This document shows, piece by piece, positions 56,501 through 64,000 of a DNA stretch of 64,000 nt. Each line of letters opens with the position of its first letter. Positions within the stretch are counted from its first letter, which is position 1. Source of the stretch: an uncultured Terracidiphilus sp. (GTDB lineage Bacteria; Acidobacteriota; Terriglobia; Terriglobales; Acidobacteriaceae); the NCBI GenBank assembly GCA_964383595.1, contig CAYLHL010000001.1, positions 42,676 to 106,675 of the forward strand. Reading direction: 5' to 3'. Made by a program: the position numbers and the translations under genes. The notes below the pieces were generated by a model. It made no database searches and was not told the DNA's origin. It saw nothing but the letters and a program-made list of their open reading frames with translations.

Positions 56501-59500
56501 TTGTTTGTAGATTTTTTCATTCATCGGCCAGTCTTTGCGACGGTCTGCGCGCTGCTGATTATTCTTGCCGGTGCGGTATGCATCCCCAATCTGCCTGTCG
56601 CCATGTACCCGACTCTCGCGCCGCCGCAGGTCGAGGTGGACTGCAACTATGTGGGCGCCAATGCAGACACCGTAGAAAAGGCTGTCACTATTCCGCTGGA
56701 AGAGTCCATCAACGGCGTCGAGGGAATGCGCTACATCAGTTCTTCCAGCACCAACAGTGGCGCCAGTTCCATCACTACGACCTTCAAGACGGGCTACGAT
56801 CTTTCCATTGCCGCCGTCGACGTGCAGAATCGCGTGGCCAGCGTCGAGGGTCGTTTGCCCGCCGCCGTCAACTCGACCGGCATCACCATCACCAAGTCCA
56901 ACAGCAACTTCGTTTTCGGCGCAGGCTTCTTCACGCGCGACGGCCGATATTCGAGCGAGTTCATCTCCAACTACCTTGACGTTTACGTGAAGGATGCGCT
57001 GAAGCGTGTTCCCGGCGTGGGCGATGTGATGATCTTCGGCGAGCGCAAGTACGCCATGCGCGTTTGGCTTGATCCAGTGCGGCTGGCCTCGCGCGGGCTT
57101 ACCGCAACTGACGTGGTGAGTGCGCTCGTGGAACAGAATGTCGAGATTCCTGCCGGCCAGCTTGGCCAGCCGCCTTCGAATGCGAGGCAGGCCTTCGAGG
57201 TTCCGGTGCGAGTGGTCGGCCGCCTCAGCTCACCTGCCGAGTTTGACAACATCATCGTCAAAAACAGCTCCAACGGCCTGGTGCTGCTCAAGGATGTAGG
57301 CCACTCGGAGGTGGGCGCCGAAGACTACAGCAGCGATCTCAAATACGCCGGGCGCGAGGCGATGGGCATCGGTGTCGAGCAGCTATCCAACGCCAATGCG
57401 CTCGACGTGGACAGCAGGGCCAAGGCTACGCTCGCGGAACTCTCCAAGAGCTTTCCACCAGGGCTGGAATATGCTATCGCCTTCGACTCCACAACTGTGG
57501 TGGGCGACTCCATTCGCGAAGTGTTGGTTACGCTGGTCGAGGCCATTGTCATCGTCATTATCGTCATCTTCCTTTTTCTGCTGGACTGGCGCGCCACCAT
57601 CATCCCAGCCGTCACCATTCCGGTCTCCCTCATAGGCTCCTTCGCCTTCATCAAGATCTTCGGTTTCTCCATCAACTCGCTTACTCTTTTCGGCATTACG
57701 TTGGCTACGGGACTTGTGGTCGACGATGCAATCGTGGTTATCGAGAATGTACAGCGCCACATTCATCTGGAGCACTCCAACCCGCACGCCGCCACCTCGC
57801 GCGCCATGGGCGAGGTGACTAGCGCCGTCATCGCTACATCGCTGGTGCTCATCGCGGTCTTTGTGCCGGTTTCCTTCTTCCCCGGCACCACGGGCATTCT
57901 CTATCGTCAATTCTCGTTGACCATTGCCTTCGCCATCGCCATTTCCGCCTTCAATGCGCTCACGCTTTCGCCGGCTCTTTCCGCCATGTTTCTGCGCGGT
58001 GAGGAAGACCGTCCCAAGCAACTGGACTTCCTGCACATTGATGTGGTGTCGAGGTTTTTCGCCAGATTCATTCACTCCACCGACGAGCAGATCAGTTGGC
58101 TTTCCAGCACCTATGCCAAGTCGATTCACGCCGCATTGAAGATTCGCTACGCCCTGCTCCTTCTCTTCTTTGCCGGCCTGGGTGCAACGGTGTGGACCTA
58201 TATGCACGTTCCCACCGGCTTCATTCCCCAGGAAGATCAGGGATTTCTGATGGTCATCGTACAAACGCCGCCGGGTTCTTCGCTGGCTTACACCGGCGCG
58301 TTGGCTGAGCGCGCCGAGGCCATCATCGGTCAGAACCCGGATATCGCTGGAGCCTTCTCCGTGATGGGCTTCAGCCTTGCCGGCAGCGCCTCCAACACGG
58401 GCATGATGTTTATCGGAGCCAAGCCGAGCGACCAGCGCCGTGGCAAAGGTCACTCTACTGCCGACATCGTGGCTGACCTGAACCCCAAGCTGCAAATGCT
58501 TATGTTCGCGCCCAACGGGGGGTTGGTTCAGATGTTTGAACCCCCAGCGGTTGAGGGAGTAGGCAGCTACGGCGGCTTCCAGTTCATGCTGCAGGATAAG
58601 GGGAACAATACGCTCAGCGACCTGGACCGCGTAGCTCACCAGATTGTAAGCGCCAGCAAATCGCACAAGGAACTCACTAGCCTGCTCACCACTTTTTCGG
58701 CCAACGATCCACAGGAGCTGGTCACCATCGATCGCGAGAAGGCCAAATCAATGAACATTCCCCTCTCCCAGATCACCAGCACCCTCAGCGTCTTCATGGG
58801 TTCGGAGTACATCAACGACTTCGACTACAACAACCGCACCTATCGCGTATATGTGCAGGCCGATCAGCCCTTCCGTATGTCAACTCGCGATTTGCACAAT
58901 TATTATGTGCGTTCCGACTCCGGCCAGATGGTGCCGCTCGACAATCTGGCAACGGTGGCCGAAAGCTCAGGGCCGCCGGTCATTACACACTACAACCTCT
59001 TCCGTGCGGTTGAAATTGACGGCTCGCCCGCGCCCGGCTACAGCAGCGGGCAAGGCCTGGCGGCGATGGAGAAGCTGGCCAACCAAACCATGATGCCCGG
59101 TATGAAGTTCGAGTGGACGGGATTAACGCTCGATGAGATCGAATCCAGCGGCAAGGCGTTAGTCATCTTTGGCCTCGGAATCCTGGTCGTTTATCTCACG
59201 CTTTCGGCGCTCTATGAGAGCTTCGCTTTGCCCTTCATCATCCTTCTGGCCGTTCCTATGGCTGTCCTCGGCGCGCTAGGCCTGGTTTCGCTGCGCGGCC
59301 TTTCCAATGACGTCTATTGCCAGATTGGTCTGGTCATGCTCATCGGCCTCTCGGCTAAAAACTCGATTCTGATCGTCGAGTTTGCCGAGCAGTTGCGCAA
59401 GAAAGGACGTTCCATTGCTGACGCGGCTATTGAAGCTGCGGAACTGCGCTTGCGCCCCATTCTGATGACCTCCTTCGCTTTCATCCTCGGTGTCCTTCCG

Positions 59501-59677
59501 CTGGCCTTCGCCACCGGCGCGGGCGCGCTCGGTCGCCGCTCCGTAGGCACCACCATCGTCGGCGGAATGCTGCTTTCGACGGTGCTCAACCTGTTTTTCA
59601 TTCCCGTGCTTTATGTGATTCTCAGCAGGCTGCTCAGGCGCGGCGACGAACTGGTTGTTGAAACTACCGGTGCGTAA
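56501..59677 (+). CDS. RND efflux permease (HAE1, AcrB-like)
   Basis: FFI.RPVFA, GLVVDDAIVVIEN, AKNSILIVEFA, RLRPILMTS. Confidence 0.95.
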   Translation: MFVDFFIHRPVFATVCALLIILAGAVCIPNLPVAMYPTLAPPQVEVDCNYVGANADTVEKAVTIPLEESINGVEGMRYISSSSTNSGASSITTTFKTGYDLSIAAVDVQNRVASVEGRLPAAVNSTGITITKSNSNFVFGAGFFTRDGRYSSEFISNYLDVYVKDALKRVPGVGDVMIFGERKYAMRVWLDPVRLASRGLTATDVVSALVEQNVEIPAGQLGQPPSNARQAFEVPVRVVGRLSSPAEFDNIIVKNSSNGLVLLKDVGHSEVGAEDYSSDLKYAGREAMGIGVEQLSNANALDVDSRAKATLAELSKSFPPGLEYAIAFDSTTVVGDSIREVLVTLVEAIVIVIIVIFLFLLDWRATIIPAVTIPVSLIGSFAFIKIFGFSINSLTLFGITLATGLVVDDAIVVIENVQRHIHLEHSNPHAATSRAMGEVTSAVIATSLVLIAVFVPVSFFPGTTGILYRQFSLTIAFAIAISAFNALTLSPALSAMFLRGEEDRPKQLDFLHIDVVSRFFARFIHSTDEQISWLSSTYAKSIHAALKIRYALLLLFFAGLGATVWTYMHVPTGFIPQEDQGFLMVIVQTPPGSSLAYTGALAERAEAIIGQNPDIAGAFSVMGFSLAGSASNTGMMFIGAKPSDQRRGKGHSTADIVADLNPKLQMLMFAPNGGLVQMFEPPAVEGVGSYGGFQFMLQDKGNNTLSDLDRVAHQIVSASKSHKELTSLLTTFSANDPQELVTIDREKAKSMNIPLSQITSTLSVFMGSEYINDFDYNNRTYRVYVQADQPFRMSTRDLHNYYVRSDSGQMVPLDNLATVAESSGPPVITHYNLFRAVEIDGSPAPGYSSGQGLAAMEKLANQTMMPGMKFEWTGLTLDEIESSGKALVIFGLGILVVYLTLSALYESFALPFIILLAVPMAVLGALGLVSLRGLSNDVYCQIGLVMLIGLSAKNSILIVEFAEQLRKKGRSIADAAIEAAELRLRPILMTSFAFILGVLPLAFATGAGALGRRSVGTTIVGGMLLSTVLNLFFIPVLYVILSRLLRRGDELVVETTGA

Positions 59678-59983
59678 GCATCGCACGGAAATGTGGGTTT
59701 ACCCAGGATTTCTTGATGAATTTGATCTGTAACGGATCGTTCAAAAGAGCCTGGGGAGATCCGCGCAACTTCGAAGTGACGAGAATAAAGCGAAGAAAAG
59801 TATTTATATGTGTTGAATCTCCAGTAGACATAGGCATTTCCATGCAAAATCACTGTATGAAATGCGCAGTTCTCTCATCAATAGAATTGGATATCTCTGG
59901 GAGGGAAGGGAATTGAAAGATGAATGGAGAGAAAAGAGATGAGTGCAGCGCAGATCGGGTATTGCTGTGATTTAAGAAAAAAG

Positions 59984-60028
59984 AGGAGTTCCCAGGCTTC
60001 ATTTTAATAATGCTGCCTGGGAACTCCT
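59984..60028. terminator. Inverted repeat between convergent genes
   Basis: AGGAGTTCCCAGGC ... GCCTGGGAACTCCT with flanking A/T tracts. Confidence 0.6.
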
Positions 60029-60107
60029 TTCCCCAGATCTGCGTTGTTTCTATAAATAATTCTGCGGGAACCCGCAAAACTGCACAAGATTACAAAAATG
60101 TGTATAG

Positions 60108-60881
60108 CTAAGTAACGTCAATTGTTGACTGATTAGTAATAGGCTGCGAGAAGGACGTCAGAGGTTGGCGTCGATCACCCTTGCGGCGTTCACCCCTGCG
60201 TCGATCAAGAATACCAGCGCCCTGTAACAGCGCCGGATTCGATGCGCGCATCGAGAGATCCGTACGATTAGTCGCTCCTACTTTGCGCATCAGCCGCCCC
60301 ACATGAGCCTGCACAGAACCTTCCTCAATGCCCAACTTTTGAGCAATCTCGCGATTGGACTGCGCCATGAGAATCAATTCCAGAACCTGGCGCTCCCGGT
60401 CTGTCAAGCGTGGGGGCGTATTGGTCAGGCTGGTGTCGGAGCTTTCCAGCAATCGATCGATCAGCGCGCAGAGCAGCCGTCGCGGCGCCCAGATCGAACC
60501 GCTGATAACCACATCGACTGCTTGGCGCACGATGCGCGGGCTGGCCTTCAGATCCAAGTAGGCGCGGACGCCTGCCTTGATCAGATCCATCACCTGCTTG
60601 TCGTTATTCTCCGGGCCAAGGACAATCAGCCGCATATCGGAACGGCGCCGACGAATGTCTTCCACGGTTTCCATACCGACGATGGGCGAATTCATATCTA
60701 CAACCATGTACTCCAGCGTGGAGTCAGACAACAACTCATCAAGATCTGCGAATATCGGGGACAACTGCACGTATCTTTCGCTGGGAGCGGCTTCGAAGAT
60801 GCTGGCAAGCCCTTCCTGGCGGATCGGTTCTTCCGTCAACACTCCCACGCGAATCGGTTCGGCGCTAGGCCTCGTGCTCAT
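60108..60881 (-). CDS. NarL/LuxR-family response regulator
   Basis: Receiver-like N-terminus; LTDRERQVL..SNREIA..L.I....V..H...L..K. Confidence 0.85.
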   Translation of the reverse strand: MSTRPSAEPIRVGVLTEEPIRQEGLASIFEAAPSERYVQLSPIFADLDELLSDSTLEYMVVDMNSPIVGMETVEDIRRRRSDMRLIVLGPENNDKQVMDLIKAGVRAYLDLKASPRIVRQAVDVVISGSIWAPRRLLCALIDRLLESSDTSLTNTPPRLTDRERQVLELILMAQSNREIAQKLGIEEGSVQAHVGRLMRKVGATNRTDLSMRASNPALLQGAGILDRRRGERRKGDRRQPLTSFSQPITNQSTIDVT

Positions 60882-61002
60882 AGTGTGCCTCCCGGCCCAA
60901 CCCTGTAATACAACCCTCCAAGCGACATCCACAAGACAGCCACTCTATCGCCATGAAATATGCCCCCATTCCGTTCCAGCCGATCTTCCTCCCACAAACG
61001 CT

Positions 61003-61557
61003 CTAGAGCTTTGGAAGAACTATCCCCTGTTGATTCTGATACTTGCCATTGCGGTCGGCATAACTGATCTCGCAACTCTCGTCGCCACGGAAGAACAATA
61101 TTTGACACAATCCTTCGTTGGCGTAAATCTTGGCCGGCAGCGGCGTGGTGTTGGAGATTTCCAGCGTTACAAATCCCTCCCACTCCGGCTCGAAGGGCGT
61201 CACATTCACCAGAATGCCGCAGCGCGCATAGGTTGACTTGCCTACGCAGATCGTCAGCACATTTCGGGGAATTCGAAAATACTCGACCGAGCGGGCCAAG
61301 GCAAAGGAATTGGGAGGCACAATCACCGACTCGGCCTGGACGGAGACAAACGAACGCTCGTCGAAGGCCTTCGGGTCGATCAGAACGCTGTTGACATTGG
61401 TAAATATTTTGAACTCGTCACTGACGCGCAGGTCATAGCCATACGACGAAAGGCCATAAGAGATGACCCCTTCTGCCACTTGCTTTTCGCTGAATGGCTC
61501 AATCATGCGGTGTTGAATAGCCTGCTCCCGGATCCAACGGTCACTCTGAATTGACAT
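61003..61557 (-). CDS. dcd: dCTP deaminase
   Basis: [34 protein letters not shown]. Confidence 0.96.
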   Translation of the reverse strand: MSIQSDRWIREQAIQHRMIEPFSEKQVAEGVISYGLSSYGYDLRVSDEFKIFTNVNSVLIDPKAFDERSFVSVQAESVIVPPNSFALARSVEYFRIPRNVLTICVGKSTYARCGILVNVTPFEPEWEGFVTLEISNTTPLPAKIYANEGLCQILFFRGDESCEISYADRNGKYQNQQGIVLPKL

Positions 61558-61835
61558 TCATCTCCTCATCCGGGTCTGTGTCACGCCGGTTTTGAGTTCG
61601 TTCGGGTTAGGGTGGAATTCAAAGGACTATCCTACGGAATTTGACAGGGATTTACAATAGGAACAGTATCAATTTTGAAATACTTCAAACTTGGAAAGTA
61701 GGCAGGCGCTCTAGGAGGATTCACGCTTCTGTGGAAGGTCGCAGTTTTGGGAGTTCCATAAATCCTCCAAAAGCTGTAGCATCTCTAGCGTGGGACGTAG
61801 TAAAGTCAATTCAGTTGCGCCAGCGAGGTACCCCA

Positions 61836-62123
61836 TTGATTAAGCAGGACATCGTCCATCATGTGATTGAGCGTACTGGCCTGCCCCGCACCAAGGCGGA
61901 GGCGGCCGTGGATACAGTCTTCGAGGGCCTCAAACAGGCTCTTGCCGCCGGTGAGCGCATCGAGTTGCGCGGCTTCGGCGTCTTCAGCGTCCGCGCCCGG
62001 AAAACCGGCATCGGCCGCAATCCCCGCACCGGCAAAGAGGTCAGCATCATCCCCGGCAAGGCGGTGCGCTTCAAACCCGGCAAGGAATTGCATTCGATCG
62101 ACAGCGGCGAGCCGGCCAAGTAG
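61836..62123 (+). CDS. hup: HU/IHF-family DNA-binding protein
   Basis: IELRGFGVF..R.RK.G.GRNPRTG, VRFKPGKEL; TTG start after GAGG. Confidence 0.92.
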   Translation: MIKQDIVHHVIERTGLPRTKAEAAVDTVFEGLKQALAAGERIELRGFGVFSVRARKTGIGRNPRTGKEVSIIPGKAVRFKPGKELHSIDSGEPAK

Positions 62124-62373
62124 GGCCTGCCGGAGTGAGGCTAATCCTTCACTCCATGCTCGTTCGCAAAGTATCATCGCGAGTTTCCCTCGCTTCAGGA
62201 CGCCGGCGGCGCGCTGGCCGGTCTGTGTGTGTGTAGTACGCAGGACCCCATCCATCGCGCACTTTCCACCCCGACGCACAAAGTAGGTGCGTCCTGATTC
62301 CCGGTTTGCAATGCGTGGGGAATCAATGCGCCCGCCAACCGCTCTGAAGGCGGCTAATCTCCATCGTAAGTGC

Positions 62374-64000
62374 TCACATCAGACGCTGCGCATCCACATC
62401 CACAATCAGATTCCTGCGCGGAATTCCCGCCGATTCGGCCTGCTCCAACATCCCGCGCAAGGCAGTGTTGAGCGCCTTGCGCGAAGCTGCCTTCAAGATC
62501 ATATGGAAGCGGTAGATGCCCTTGATGCGCGCAATGGGTGCGGTGCAGGGGCCGAGCACGCGCACCGCTCCGCCGCTCTGGCTTTGCACCATATATTTGC
62601 CCAGGATCGACGACCAACTCGTCGCTTCTTCAAGCTTTTGCGACTGTACCAACACATTGGCCAACACGCCAAAGGGCGGATAGTGCATCCAGCGCCGGTA
62701 CTTCAGTTCGCGCTCCACAAAGCCCCCATAATCGTGCGTACTGGCGGCTAGAATCGCATAGTGCTCCGGGTAGTAGGTCTGCACCACCACGCGCCCCGGC
62801 AGATCGCCCCGTCCTGCGCGGCCGCTGACCTGCGTCATCAACTGGAAGACCCGCTCGGCGGCGCGAAAGTCGGGCATCGAAAGCGAGTGATCGCAGCCAA
62901 CCACGCCCACCAGCGTCACGCCGTGGACGTCGTGGCCCTTGGCGATCATTTGCGTACCTACCAGCAGGTTGATCTCGCCTGAGTGCAGCCGCGCCAGCAA
63001 TCTTTCCAAATCGTAGCGTCCGTGCACCGTATCGCGGTCCATGCGCCCGATGCGCGCCGTGGGAAAGATCTCCCCCAGCCGCGCCTCCCCTTGTTCCGAC
63101 CCTGCTCCCAGGTAGTAGAGGTGCTCGCTATCGCACTTAGGGCAGCGCGTGGGCACCGTGCGGCAGAATCCGCAGTAGTGGCATTCCAGGCGCTGGCCGG
63201 GGCGGGCCAGGTTGGCATCTTCCGATGGCGGCTTATGATGCGTCAGCGCGATGGCGCAGTTCTCGCACTCCAGCTTTTCTCCGCACGCGCGGCAGATCAC
63301 GGCAAACGAATAGCCGCGGCGGTTAAGCAAAATCAACGCCTGCTCGCCGCGATCCAGAGTAGCCTGGGTCTGCTCCACTAGAACGCGCGAGAAAAGCTGC
63401 TCCTGTCCGGTTTCCTGAAATTCGCGGCGCATATCGATCAGTTCCACCGCAGGCAGTGGGCGGTTCATCACCCGCTCTTTCATCTCGATCAGCTGGTACT
63501 TGCCCAAAGCCGAATTCTGCCACGACTCCAACGACGGAGTCGCCGATCCCATCACCACAACCGCCCCTTCGATTTTGGCGCGCATCACGGCCACATCGCG
63601 CGCGTTGTAGCGCGGCGTCTCCTCCTGCTTGTAGCTTTGATCGTGCTCTTCATCCACCAGGATCAAACCCAGGTTGGGCACTGGCGCAAAGATCGCCGAC
63701 CGTGTGCCGACTACAATCGGCGTCTCGCCTCGCCGAATGCGACGCCACTGCTCGCTGCGTTCCTCCGGTGTCAGCGCCGAGTGCAGCAGCGCGACTTTGT
63801 CTCCGAAGGCGGCATCCAGAAGACCCACCATCTGCGGCGTCAGCCCGATCTCCGGAACCAGCAGAATCGACGCCAGTCCGCGCTCCAACCCCCGCTGCAT
63901 CGCCGCCAGATAAACCGCCGTCTTGCCCGATCCGGTCACGCCATGTAGTAAAAATGGATGAAATTTCCCCTCTAGGGCCGTCGCCAGGCTGGCCAGTGCT
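62374..64000 (-). CDS. priA: Primosomal protein N' (5' truncated by window)
   Basis: LHGVTGSGKT, LVPEIGLTPQ, DEEH, Cys-rich region, GTQMIAKGHD, QVSGRAGR. Confidence 0.96.
   Translation of the reverse strand, partial: ALASLATALEGKFHPFLLHGVTGSGKTAVYLAAMQRGLERGLASILLVPEIGLTPQMVGLLDAAFGDKVALLHSALTPEERSEQWRRIRRGETPIVVGTRSAIFAPVPNLGLILVDEEHDQSYKQEETPRYNARDVAVMRAKIEGAVVVMGSATPSLESWQNSALGKYQLIEMKERVMNRPLPAVELIDMRREFQETGQEQLFSRVLVEQTQATLDRGEQALILLNRRGYSFAVICRACGEKLECENCAIALTHHKPPSEDANLARPGQRLECHYCGFCRTVPTRCPKCDSEHLYYLGAGSEQGEARLGEIFPTARIGRMDRDTVHGRYDLERLLARLHSGEINLLVGTQMIAKGHDVHGVTLVGVVGCDHSLSMPDFRAAERVFQLMTQVSGRAGRGDLPGRVVVQTYYPEHYAILAASTHDYGGFVERELKYRRWMHYPPFGVLANVLVQSQKLEEATSWSSILGKYMVQSQSGGAVRVLGPCTAPIARIKGIYRFHMILKAASRKALNTALRGMLEQAESAGIPRRNLIVDVDAQRLM

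Overview
Acidobacteria-like chromosomal window. The left edge holds cobamide genes (cobQ 3' part, cbiB, cobD) and an Oar-type TonB-dependent receptor. About 6.8-54.8 kb is an integrative element next to the 3' end of tRNA-Glu(TTC). It carries an integrase and excisionase, an IncP-like transfer core (traKLM / oriT / traJ-like, MOBP relaxase, coupling protein, traF, traB, VirB1-like), ssb, topoisomerase IA, a complete type 3 BREX system with an inserted AlbA-HATPase-HTH gene, and a five-gene surface-protein operon. The right side is ordinary chromosome (RND pump, LuxR regulator, dcd, HU, priA). The most striking observation is in the surface operon (10.6-21.6 kb). Two secreted Ig-repeat proteins both stop at the same point, lacking the last beta-strand of their final Ig domain, and the next gene's mature N-terminus looks like exactly that strand. 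This suggests a tip / polymerising shaft / lipid-anchor fibre built by donor-strand complementation with no recognisable usher. Other observations: a shared operator-like motif at five island promoters, a two-headed oriT, intragenic palindromes in the BREX insert, and a poly-C frameshift in a small AT-hook protein. All calls are from motif reading by eye; no searches were run.
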